In this document: in pieces, positions 48,921-59,938 of the stretch
Numbering within the stretch: position 1 is the stretch's first letter
Layout: each line of letters begins with the position of its first letter
Assembly: GCA_000934665.2 (NCBI GenBank)
Contig: KZ538116.1
Coordinates: 62,001-121,938 of the forward strand
Length of the DNA: 59,938 bases
From: Catajapyx aquilonaris
Lineage: Eukaryota
Direction: 5' to 3'
Translations under genes and position numbers: made by a program
Notes under the pieces: model-generated
The model's database searches: none
What the model was told of the DNA's origin: nothing
The model's input: the letters and a program-made list of their open reading frames with translations, nothing else

Positions 48921-50116
48921 AATGAGAAAAAGGGAGGTAAGAGCTTCCAAGTGTCGTTTTTTTTCCGCAGGGGGAAGGGGGGGTTGAGGAGCAGCTGGGA
49001 ATGTGTTTTTATTGCTTCTATTTTTTATATGCATTTTTTGGATGAAGGAGAGGTGCAGTAGTGTTTTTTTTATATTATTTTTAAATTGCAGTTAGGATGT
49101 GCAAGTGTCTCCTGTCCACTGCCAGTCAGCCATGATGACATTTTAAAACAATCAAATGAGCTGTAAGTTGAAGTGTTCTGCAGAAGAGATGCAGAGCACT
49201 CGGTTTTTTAAAGTTGACCTGTGCTTTCTTATGTCCACATGTGAATGCCCACAAAACAATTTGTTCAAAGAGTGCATGTTATGAAGGTGTTATGACAACA
49301 GTGATAAACCACATTGAGGGGATGCTGCAAAGTAGATGAGCAATCAGCACAATATTATCATAAACACTCTCACTTACATTTCTTATGAGCAAGTGTCCAT
49401 GATGATATTGTGCCAATAGAACGTTATTTTGTAAGTATAAACGATATCATGCAACTTTGGATGTGAGCAATGGAAAAATGGTTACAGAACCTGCATCACT
49501 GGATTATCAGGATGCAAAATGACTCATACCTGTCATTCCTTGAGACTATCAGTTAATTGCAAAGGAACAGGATTGATTCCATTTAATAAATGCTTGTCAG
49601 CCATTGGTATGATGGGTGTAGAGTGTAGGTACATCTTTGTAAAATATATCTCTTTGCAATGATTTTAAAGTGGATTATTACAGTTGCTGCCACGTAGAAC
49701 AGCCATTCAGAGCTCACCATGAGGTACCAATAAGTTATACAGTGCACCTTTACTTCAACAGGCCTTGCCTAGATCATGAATTAAGTGTTTCGTTGGTCCC
49801 AGCAGAGGATATTCATTGCATTTCATTCCTGTACAGGGTGAGTCAGAAATCCAGGTTGACTGATTGAGAAGAAGCCAAAGTAACAAAGCAAAAGATAGGA
49901 GATATATGGAGAAAAAGAAGAATATAGGATTGTGTTTCATAGGCTGTCCCATATCCCACAAAGGCCTCACTTGGGAGATTGATTGATTGATTGATTGATT
50001 AGGAAGGAACCAAAGCAACAATATGGCTCTCTGGCTATTAGAAGATACAAAGATGGGACAGATGGGAGACAGAAACGAAGAGAAACAGGAGAGAGGAAAG
50101 GCTGGTATCCCTCTTT

Positions 50117-50275
50117 GGCTGGGTTGCACCGGCTCCTGGAAAATTCGTCTGGCTGACAAAGAGCTGGGTTACTCAGTTATTAATTGTTGACAGCATGGTT
50201 GACAACAATGAATAACAAAGTAACCCGACCCTTTGTTGGCCAGACAAATTTTCCAGGAGCCGGCGCAACCGGGCC
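50117..50275. mobile_element. Harbinger-like foldback MITE
   Basis: About 65-bp imperfect inverted arms starting GGCTGGGTTGCACC; the terminus is related to those at 53511 and about 53865. Confidence 0.7.
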
Positions 50276-51599
50276 TTAGTCTGTCTCCTGTCCCAAAGAT
50301 CTGTCCTGCTAAGGAGACCCTGCTAGTAAACGAAGCATGTACTGAACCAGGGTGGTGTCTGGATGACCTGGACTGACTCAACTTGTGCAACACACACCTG
50401 TTCAGGAATGAAAATTTTGTGCAAAACAAAACAGTTCCACTGTAGACAGGTTTCACTGCAGACAGGTTTCACTGCAATCATTTGAAATTCTTTGCCTTCA
50501 GTACTGGAAATTATTTATACCATGTAATTTGTTGAATCAAAGGCAATGTGTAACTTATGGTAGCAACAGCATAACTTTCAAGTAGCAAAATTGCAGAAAC
50601 AAATTTCCACTGGCCGCGCCATGCTAATAACCTAACAGCAGAATGCACAAGAGAACAGCAATTGTTTTGTGTGCGTTTACCTTTTCCCTTGATACTGCTG
50701 CGTTTTAGGTGCTACATAGGGAAATGTTGGCCAAAGATGTATGTTCCTAACTCAAAATTCCCCCTTTTTCATGTGTCTGCTTCCTATTAGCTCTCCGTAG
50801 CATAATTACAGGTTTAAGAAAGTAAGGACAAGTGTGTGGAAGCAGGAATTTAATTAGAGGGAGCGATGGATCTAATGACGACAGTGATGCAAGAAAGAAA
50901 TGCCCAGAACATTCATATCTTTACATGGTGCTCAAGTATGTGGAACAAATTTTTTGCGATGCCAAACAATGTCAAATGTGCCAACTTGTCCTCCCAGGTT
51001 TTTTTTTGTCTGCGAGAGGAAAGTTGTTCTCACAGGTTTCCCCCTCCCCCCCCCCTCCCCAACACCAGTTAATTCTGCAGCACCAGTTTGTGACATGCAT
51101 TAGGTACCAAACATTGATTCATCTGATGAGTGGAGAGTTCCATCAACAAGTGCATGGTGATTTTAAAGTCAGAGTCCACTAACTTTAGAAACACCATGCA
51201 TACAATATGTGAAAAAAAGAATGTTTTAAATAAGTGCTAAAATATGGCACAAGTCCTAGTAAGCTGTGACTGCATTTATTAGTGTATAGAATGTTTGCCA
51301 TCCATGTGTGGATAGGATGTAAATTGATTATGACCTCTATTTTGTTCTTCCTCGACTAGTTTCTTCCAACAACTATGTAGTGAGAATCCTGTTGAAGAGT
51401 GTTTCGCTTATCCCTGACAACCGATCCTCCATTTGAAATTGTTCGTGTTTCTCCCATTCCTGTAGTATCCTAACCCACAAGACGCACTTTTAATTCTGCC
51501 AACATGCAGCTTGTGCAACCTGGCGTATTACCTCGTTGCATGAGTACCTTCTGACAACGTGTAGGATGTCAATAAGTAGTCAGTTGGGGAACTGCCAGC

Positions 51600-52932
51600 A
51601 AACATTCTGCACACCTAAGCCCCCAGAGGGCTGCTACTCCTTCAGCAACTCGGTCTCCATATCCATGGCAAGGTCCTCAGACTCCTTTTTGCGCAGACGG
51701 GAAGGCCATCTCCTCCCTCATCACAGCAAGTTAGCACTCCAAGGCTGCCAGTTTTGCTTGGACTACTAGTTTTGGCGCTGAACTCCCTGTCGTGCTTCTC
51801 CAGCACCTGCAGGTGCTCCAACATCATGGCCCAATAAGCTTTCCTGGCCTCTCCCCTCTGACGACCCTCCAGCTTGAATGGTGCAGGCTGGGTCACCGGT
51901 GCGGCCTCCACTTTTGACAGCAGGACCTGATTGAAGTTTGGAGGCAGCTGGGCCTTGAACTCACTGGCCCTGTGCTCCTCCTGTTCTCTCAGTCTTTTCA
52001 CGTTCCTCCTTGCGCAGCTTCACATCCTTATCACATGCTTTGAAACTGAATGGCTCAGGGCAGGTCACAGTCTTGCGTGGCAGGGTCAACTGCAATCCCT
52101 TAACTGTGACGGACCCCTTGGGCACAGGAAGCTTCGCCTCCACCGATTCTGTCTCCAGCTCCCTCTGCAGCCCTTTTCAGCTGCCTGGCACAGTGTCTTT
52201 CATCAATGCGGAAGTTCGGGGGTTTCGATACAGTCACTGGTGTAGCTTCTCGCCACTTGATTCCAGTCTGGCTTTTCAGGATGGCCTGCGGAACTGGGCA
52301 TGCATGGAACACGTATAGCTCGGGATCGTCCGACTTGGCTGCCTGCTTCGGAACAGTCAGCTGAAATGGTTGGGTAGCAGTAACCCGACGTCGCTCACTT
52401 TTTGGAAGCTTCGACTTGGAAGCAAGGATCTTGTAGTTGACCGGATGCGCCTTAAAATTACACATTTTTTTCATTTCACCATGAATGAAACTGATGTGTA
52501 ACTTTAAGGCCAGTTGGTCCCTGGACAATGCAGTGACCGGTCTGGTCCTGCGTTTGGTCACCAGGTTCTGAGTGTGCAGAACAGGTGAGGGGACCATTTA
52601 TGCAGCCACTGCCCTCCGACAGGTTCGACTCTGATCATCAGCTCTTGAATCTCTTTGGTGTTGCGACCTGGAACTTCCTCACAGCCTTGGCCATAAGACA
52701 CGAACGGTGCACACATAGGCCTGTTGGTGCTGGAACCACGGCTGGACTTTGGCTGAAGGGATGGGCTGTGTACAAACCAGAACGCACCCATCCCTCTTCT
52801 TTTCATCTGACTGACTGTGGCACATTCTCACAATGTGTTCTCAATCGATGAGAATGTGCCCCATCGTCGTCCCCCTTTGGTGAACGAGGCGAAGTTCAAG
52901 AACTGTGGTCCAGCCATCTCCTCGTAGTCCAT
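51600..52932 (-). pseudogene. TPX2: TPX2-like intronless, frameshifted pseudogene (probable retrocopy)
   Basis: The N-terminus MDYEEMAGPQFLNF resembles the Aurora-A-binding motif. TPX2-type repeats FKAHPVNYKIL, TQPFQL, FHACPVP, KPPNFRIDER, TCPEPFSF, EFKAQLPP and TQPAPFKL are spread over several frames, with an early stop and no intron-like spacers. The lower boundary is approximate. Confidence 0.75.
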
Positions 52933-53020
52933 CGAAGGCGAGAGATGGAAGGGGATATGCACACTCAATTCGGAACACTTCCCGCCTAGAGAGAGTAGAG
53001 CATGTTCTTAGAAGAGTACC

Positions 53021-53503
53021 GTAAGGTCTGGTCTCTCCCCTCTTATCGCCTTAGGGCAGTGGTTCCCAACCTTTTTCGGGTCGCGACCCCCTTTTATGAT
53101 AGTCAAGTAGTAACCTGCGACCCCCACCCACCGAGTGTTAGTAGGTGTTGAAAAAAACCTTCGCGATGAAATTTCATATTAATTTTTTTTTTTTTATTGT
53201 AGTAATTTTTTAATTTATACGAATTACTGCTGCCACGCGCGATCCCCAGGTTGGTAACCAGCCTTAGGGGGCTTGATGGGGTGTTTTGCGGCAGGTGGCC
53301 ACGTGATAGCACTTTTCAGTGCTTCCCAGACATGTAGCGACCCTACAGGACTGCTCTGAACTTAGGTAGAAGAGGAGGCGCTCTCTTCCGAGCAGTCGCC
53401 ACATGTCAGTTCGTGCCTGAAAAAGCGCTATCACGTGGCCACCTGCCGCAAACCACCCCATCAGGCCCCTAAGGCGATAAGAGGGGGAGTGTCCAGACCT
53501 TAC
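53021..53503. mobile_element. Foldback MITE interrupted by a hAT insertion
   Basis: GTAAGGTCTGG...CTCTTATCGCCTTAGGG pairs with CCCTAAGGCGATAAGAG...CCAGACCTTAC; the left arm resumes after 53261. Confidence 0.8.
53057..53261. mobile_element. hAT (Charlie-like) non-autonomous element with 8-bp TSD
   Basis: CAGTGGTTCCCAACCT ... AGGTTGGTAACCAG termini, flanked by an exact CCTTAGGG duplication (53049-53056 and 53262-53269). Confidence 0.85.
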
Positions 53504-53510
53504 TATTCTA

Positions 53511-53639
53511 ATGCCTGGTTGCACCAACAAAATTACCGGTCCGATAGCTCCTAATGGACAGATAGGTAGACCTTTTAACATGTGCTATCGGTCCGTTAGG
53601 AGCTATCGGACCGGTAATTTTGTTGGTGCAACCAGGCAT
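53511..53639. mobile_element. Harbinger-like foldback MITE
   Basis: ATGCCTGGTTGCACCAACAAAATTACCGGTCCGATAGCTCCTAA with its exact reverse complement ending at 53639. Confidence 0.8.
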
Positions 53640-55122
53640 CAGACCATGGAGTAGAGTTTGACACCCTGAAATGTTAGATCAATGAGATGAAAAAATTCAT
53701 GTGGCAGATTTAAAAGCAGCTGAGCTTGTGGGGCGAACTTGCTTCTTTTCCCTAAGTGTACTGTCCTAGTGTTGTTTGCTGCAGTCCAGTGAACTCAATG
53801 CAGTATTTCTATTGTCAACAATCACATGAAATGCAGGAAAAAAAGTTTTTCAAATAATTTATGAGGGCCAATTGCACCACAGTTGGTAAATTGGTTTGTC
53901 CTGGATTTTGCGTCGTTCAGCTAAATTTAACTGAGCGATTACTGTTGGAAAACCCGAGGTGTGTCACATGACCAGCAGTCGTACATTTGGTCCTGATAAG
54001 GAGTAAGGGTACTACAAATGGATAAAAGTTGTCAAGATCTTGTTAATGTTAGTCATTTAAACAAAAATAATAATAATAATTGATGTGAGCATTTCTATAA
54101 TGTTAAGCAACTGGACATCACACAGTACAGGAAATGTGCATGGGTCTCAAAGTGTGTAAAGAAGGTCAGCAAATGGAATGTGCATTTCCTTAATCAAGCT
54201 TTCGATATTATGATGGTGGGATGAAGTTTATATTATTTATTTTGATGACGGGTGGGGAGAGGGCGGGGGGGTGAAGGGGAAATTCTCTGGGTCTTTCTGG
54301 AATTTTTGGCTGGAGAAAGGGGCGAAAAAAAGAGAAGAAAGTGATGCAAATTGTTTTAAAGTGGATGCAGTTTTAAGGATATGAAGCACATGTTCATCAC
54401 GTGTATATAGCACATAATTTTACGGGTGAAGTGATATCTTTCCTTGAAGTAGGTAAGACTTTTAAAAGTCACCAAAGCACAAAGAATTTTACGAGAATTT
54501 TGAAAAAGCCCGATAAACTGTGTCCCACATACTTCCCATTTCTGTAAGTTACGTTTTTCTCCGTTGTTATTGAAATTTTAATACTTACAACCTACTTGTA
54601 CTCATGGAGATAAAAGGATTGTGCCAAGGTCTGAAAGTTCTTCCGAGAGTTGGGAGAATGTAATTTCAGAGGAGATGGAAGCTTATAATATTTAAGACAA
54701 AAAGCGAGTTCTTCATTCATTTCATCATTTCGCCCATTTCTGCATAACAAATTACTCATTATTGTACCTTCTTCCAGTGCTGTATACTTCCAATGTTTAA
54801 GTTTTAGTAACCTAATTTTGCATTTAAATGCTGCATTTCTATTAATGTGCCCAGCAACGTAACGCTGGCTATTATAATTTTCAGGAGTGAGAGGAAAAAA
54901 GCGCCGAGTATAATGATAGTTTGTATATTTTATTAGTCCATTTTGATTTTATACTACAATCTGCATTAGTACTGGTGATACCCACTGTATATTTTTGTCA
55001 GGAAAAGTATGCTGTACCACAAAGTCTCTTGTTTTTTCACAAAAATAAAAATTGGAAGCGTTGAAAACAGTGACCAGAGTGTACATGATAGAAATTTTTG
55101 TGCCTGTATATTATATTCCTGA

Positions 55123-56851
55123 TCATTTATTCAAGCAGATGGTCTTGACGAGTGCCTCGGTGACGCAGTACGGGTCGCAATTGGCTGCTGGGCGCCGATC
55201 TTCAAAGTACCCAAAGCCGCTGTCTGCCACAAGTCTTGGAATTCGAATGCCAGTGGTGCGGTTTGCAACACCTTTGAGGTGGAAAAATTCATGTCACTTT
55301 GCGCCCTTTCTTTCTTCGTTAGAGAAGATGCAAACCAATTGAACGGAAATACCTGCAGAGAATTTTTCTTGTGGCTTCTCATCACACCAGTACTTGGTGA
55401 TCGAGTCGTATGATAACAGGTGGTCTGCGTGCCTGTTGGACAGCTTGTCTATTCCTTTCTCAATTTCGCTGAAATGACGAAGATGTCGTTACTAAGGCGA
55501 GAAGTTTATAGCAGTAAGTGAACTCACATGAGTCCGCCTTCCTCTCTCATAGGTTGAGTGGAAAAGGTGACGTAGCAGGAGTTGGCTTTCCAGTCTCCAG
55601 AGAATGGTTTGGGATCAAAGCTGACGCTGAGGCCAAAGTCTTCCGCCACTCTCTGGAGAATGTACCGAGCCATCCAGTGGTCATCACCCATCTGGATACC
55701 TACGCACGGGCCAAGCTGGAACTCCCACTGCGTAATGTATTGAGAGAAATGTTTGAGACAGATCCTTGCGTACTGGTTATTGATAAAAGTAATGCCAATT
55801 TACTGACCTGTGCCGGTGTACTCTGCCCTCCTGCCCCAGAGATCTTGACGCCTGCGTGGATGCAGGCCTTAATGTGGGCAAGGGATACCTCTCTCCCCAT
55901 GGCTTGGTTAGGCCCTATGGCCCCATAGTAGGAGTAGGTTGGATCTGGGCCTCCCATGGGTCCAGACTTGGGCCAGCCGTACGGACGGGTGTCCAGGTCC
56001 AGCAGGATGTACTTCTGCGTCATCCCAAACCAAGGCACTGAATCAGCTGCCTTTTCCATGACCTCCAAGCAGGAATGGCGCTTGTTGCTGTCCACAGGCT
56101 TTCTGGTGTACTTAAATGACTCGCAGAGAACCAACTTGTAATGGAACCATGTAACATCACATCAGAAAACTTGCATCGTATGCACTCAAAATATCGGCAT
56201 GAGCAAAGTACCTTGTGATGCCCTCCGAAAAAGGGGTCATCATAGATGGTGGCTGGGTAGAGGTACAGGTCTGCGTTGGTAGCTTCTGCCTGATCAGTGC
56301 AGCTCCCATCATACGACCAGAGAGGGACGTCTGATACGGTTTCAGGGGTAAAGGGAATACTTCGCAGCTTGGAGCGCAGCTCGTGAATATGGTCCAGGTA
56401 GACGTAGGTGACCAGGCACGTGTCTTGAGGCTGGCTTATTGTGAGGTAGCGGGACAGCACCGTGTTACATGTGTTACTGGGCTTCACTCCCTGGGTATGA
56501 ATAATGTAGGAGTCTTTCTTGTCGCACTGGTGGAACAAGAGGGATGGTGTCGCAATTACAGCATACTATTCGCATTGGAGCAACATGACCAATTTCCAGT
56601 GAACTCACTGGAGACTTGCGACAATATTCGGCCCCAATGGGCATCGTCAGGGATTGAAACAAAATTAATCATTCTGAAATATCATGATGTCACTTTAAAG
56701 GGCATACCCCGCATTCCTGTGGTCTGTGCGCCATCGTGGTGAACGTGCCTGGAGAGCTCTTGATGAAATTGTCACCGTCACTCAGAATTTCTCCTTTGGT
56801 GGTAATTAGGAGGAGGTACTTCTTCCAGTTTTTTGACCCCCTCCTTGCCAT
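55123..56851 (-). CDS. Glutamine synthetase II-like protein with a degenerate active site
   Basis: Exons 56851 (or 56734)-56708, 56526-56212, 56134-55808, 55727-55528, 55468-55353 and 55271-55123, all GT-AG and in frame. GSII motifs: [54 protein letters not shown]. Confidence 0.88.
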
Positions 56852-57199
56852 CTGTTGTTGATCTTATTACAACCATGACAACACCACTTCAAAGCACAAC
56901 GGTCAAGCTTACTATGGTTACATGGTAGGCCTACACAAAGTCCGTGTACTACAGTACGGGTTGTCCTGTACTGTATAGTACAGTACCACTTGTATTGTCA
57001 GCTGCCAATTTACTCTTGTTATTCACAGCCTGCAACAATGTTCACTTTGTGTGGAACGGGTGACCATCAACAATCTACATGAGTCATACTTGCATCCGGA
57101 AACCAAAACAACAGTGAACTAACTTAATACTACAGTGACATTCTGTGCTGGACATTTTTAAACTTCTTTATTGGCTTACAAACTAAAATACAGAGCAAT

Positions 57200-58701
57200 T
57201 CAAATTATAGTGAATCCACGAATGTACCTCCTGTACCACATAAATGACGTTGCACCGCACAAGGCATACCTGTGCGAGAGAATACGATCAATTAATGCAT
57301 GGAAAATGGAAGCGCAGGATGAGGCTTTACCATGTGAAGATGTATGAGAGATGCTCGTTGCGTAAGGACACTCTGGTCTGTCCTCCAATGGGTCCTCCTG
57401 GAACGGTGGATGTGTATGCCGCGTCCAGGAAAACAGGAGCTGCATCCACTACTTGTGCCATGGCGTTTATATCCCTGAAAATACAGTTGGCATCTCGCGC
57501 TTACTCTTCTCAGAAGAAATGAACCTGTGGGTTTGAATGCTCCAACGTTAAACCACAGTTTGAGCTAGTGAGATAAACTGCACCTGTGGAACCAAGTGTT
57601 CTGCAGTGGGTCGTTCTTAGGGGTAAACTGCGGCCTCTTTTCAGTCACTCTGACCACTCCAACAATCTCCACCTCTTCGCTAACTTGACCTTCAGGACGT
57701 GCTGCAGGGTTCTTGTTTTTCCGGGATACCCAGCCACGGTTTACCAAGATTGTTGCACTGAAAGGTGGTCGCATAGAACCATAGTTCATAATATTGAGTC
57801 TGTAATATTCACTCACTTTCTGTCGGACAGTTTGAAGGGAGTGACCACAAGAGTACCCGACTGCCCCGCATTGTTGAGATTGATAATGGCACCCCCCGGG
57901 TTAGGTTTGGCCTCGGCTGAACTCAGCAGGGAGCGAGGACCAAGGTACAGCTCCTGAGAGTGGTCGAATTTGCCCCGAACGATCACCTTCCGATACTCAA
58001 GGTCCTGCAACTCGCTCAAACTGAAAAGAGATGGCCAATAAGATCCCAGCCAAAGACGGCGATAATTTGAACCCACTCTTGAGGCAGCTCAATAGGATCA
58101 GCGTGTATTCTCTCCTCCAGCGAAGCAATGAGGTTGAGCTTCCAGGCACGCCGCTTAACCTGCCATGTTCCAAGGCCAAAAGCGGCAACTGGGATTACCT
58201 GCCCAAATTAAGTACGATTAGAGAAACCATCAGGTGTGACGACATTCACTGTGTCCATACCAGCAGAAGGTACCCACTTGGTCCGATGCCAAACAGCTTC
58301 TTTTGAACGGCCTTGAAGGACGTGCTTGTGACTTGCTGCGACTGTTTGGGTGACGTGCTGAAGAGCAGGGGTTGCTGAGGGGGCCGCTCTGAGAGGAGAA
58401 TCTGCACAAGAATCATGTCAATCATGAGCTGGAGTGGCGGACACTTATTTTCCTTGTCAATTACATACACGTGAACATTTAAGCACTGGGTATACACATG
58501 TGGACTTTTACGAACACTATTGTGGGCACGTATTGTGTAAGTAGTATAGTGCTGCAAAGTCATTCCCTTACAGTGCATTGAGGTTGATGGGAATTTTTCT
58601 TGTCTGTCCTTTACCGCGAATGTCATAAGGCGATTCAGCCAGACAGTACGTACCTTGAGGCAGCTCGTGCCCCTTAAACCGGGCCATACCGCTCGGTGCA
58701 T
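57200..58701 (-). CDS. SURF1: SURF1 cytochrome c oxidase assembly factor
   Basis: Exons 58701-58654, 58401-58261, 58198-58077, 58020-57817, 57757-57584, 57474-57331 and 57269-57200. Motifs: [66 protein letters not shown]. Confidence 0.95.
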
Positions 58702-58987
58702 TGTCTCTTCTGTCGCTAAATAAATCTGCGAAACTTTCACTCTCAAAATCTCAAGCGCTTCTCAAATGGCGGCATGCTGCCTTCAGCTGTTCTTGGATTG
58801 GCACTCCTGCAGCTCTACGACCGTCAATTTTCAACCTGAAACATCGCTTTGAATCTACTTAAAACATGCGTTTCGGATAACTTAATAACGTTTCATTATA
58901 TTAATTTTTTCGGTGCGTTTGAAGCGGGTGAAACTTAACAAGTGAATGAAGTGTTGGCACCACTGACTGAGCAGCATTGGGGGAAAG
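58702..58987. promoter_or_regulatory. Compact bidirectional promoter of SURF1 and PFDN6
   Basis: 286 bp between divergent ATGs; YY1-type AAATGGCGGC at about 58764 and AAGATGGCGG overlapping the PFDN6 ATG. Confidence 0.65.
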
Positions 58988-59425
58988 ATGGCGGACGAGA
59001 TTCAGAAGCAACTGCAGTCGGACCTGGACAAATTCAAGCAGCTGCAGAAGGGTGAGCGGGTCTGGGGATTGAAGGGTTGGGTCCGAGGGGGCGTCAAGGG
59101 CCTGGGCACTCACTCGGGGGATGTCGGTACGGGAGACGGGGTCTTGGAAGAGGGACCTGGCGTGGCACCGGCGCGTGGGCGACAGGGCGTGACATGTGGT
59201 CGACAAATAATGAACAACGTCTAGTTATAATAATGAGGATTATTTTGTTGCAATTTAAATTTGACAGTAGTTGGCTCCATACTTTCATCAGGATGAGCAT
59301 CCTTATTGCCATGCGGACACCTGCCTTCATACGTGCCATTTTCTTGCCTTTCAGATTTCCAGAAAGCGTCGTCTCAGCGGAACCAGCTGGATGGGCAGCT
59401 CAGTGAAAACAACGTGGTCAAGGAG
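58988..59425 (+). CDS. PFDN6: Prefoldin subunit 6 (first two exons; continues beyond the window)
   Basis: Exons 58988-59051 and 59355-59425 give MADEIQKQLQSDLDKFKQLQKDFQKASSQRNQLDGQLSENNVVKE, matching the PFDN6 pattern RQKLEAQLTENNIVKEEL. Confidence 0.85.
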
Positions 59426-59846
59426 GTGTGTGCGAAAGAAGGGCTCGTTCTACGTTTGGTTTTGCTATTCTCATGTTTCCGGGAGGTTGCCACAATGTTG
59501 GAAATTTGTTGGAAATGTGAATTGCCTTTTAAAAAATATCTCCTCTGGTTTGAGAAAGTGCTACATTTAGAGTCACAAATTAGCTACTGTGTCATTTGAA
59601 GTGGCACATGACATATATTATAGGCACTAGGGACCTTCAGTAATATTGTTATTTTAATAATCACTAGAAAAACCCTTGATTCGCTGGCATTTTAAAGGGC
59701 TCTGACCTAGAAAACCACTTGTGGCAATTTGAGATTGTGCCCAATTTTTTAAGTTGGCATTTTACACTTAAGTTCAATGGATTTGATTTCATTTTACTGG
59801 TTAGGGGTATCACATGGTGTAACTATTAGGGCAGTCCTCAGTTCAA

Positions 59847-59938
59847 TCTAATACATATTTCCAGACCTATATCTGTCTGTCTGTCTCTCTGTCTGTCACC
59901 TAAACAGATCGATACGGAGGCCTCCACATATGCCCCAT
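59847..59938 (+). mobile_element. 5' end of a Helitron-like element (truncated by the window)
   Basis: A|TCTAATACATAT... followed by a (CTGT)n microsatellite, the same layout as family B. Confidence 0.5.

Noticed and set aside
41388..52932. Functional spindle-gene cluster (Pins, TPX2 and the ODF2-like gene)
   Set aside because: The TPX2 copy is a pseudogene and the intervening genes are unrelated; nothing in the sequence supports co-regulation.
1..59938. CRISPR arrays, operons, rRNA/tRNA genes or prokaryotic defence systems
   Set aside because: The sequence is spliced eukaryotic DNA. I recognised no regularly spaced repeat-spacer array and no structural RNA gene.

Overview
Eukaryotic, intron-rich genomic DNA, most consistent with an arthropod (probably an insect); there are two assembly gaps and no prokaryote-type features. 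Spliced genes I reconstructed by hand: an ODF2/cenexin-like coiled-coil gene (-) head-to-head with TSC1/hamartin (+); laminin gamma-1 (LanB2, -) tail-to-tail with TSC1; a zeta-crystallin/quinone oxidoreductase (-); Pins/GPSM2 (+) with four GoLoco motifs; a frameshifted, intronless TPX2-like pseudogene (-); a glutamine-synthetase-II-like gene (-); and SURF1 (-) head-to-head with the 5' part of prefoldin-6 (+). Introns and spacers hold many short non-autonomous transposons (Helitron-like, Tc1/mariner/pogo-like, Harbinger-like and hAT-like). Two observations stand out. (1) An exon missed by the ORF track, inside the large laminin intron, encodes its own signal-peptide-like leader and would splice in frame onto the second LE repeat. 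This predicts a secreted laminin gamma chain lacking the LN domain, similar in design to vertebrate gamma-2. (2) The glutamine synthetase gene is structurally intact but has lost most metal and glutamate ligands, so it is a likely pseudoenzyme. All gene calls come from motif recognition; no database searches were run.
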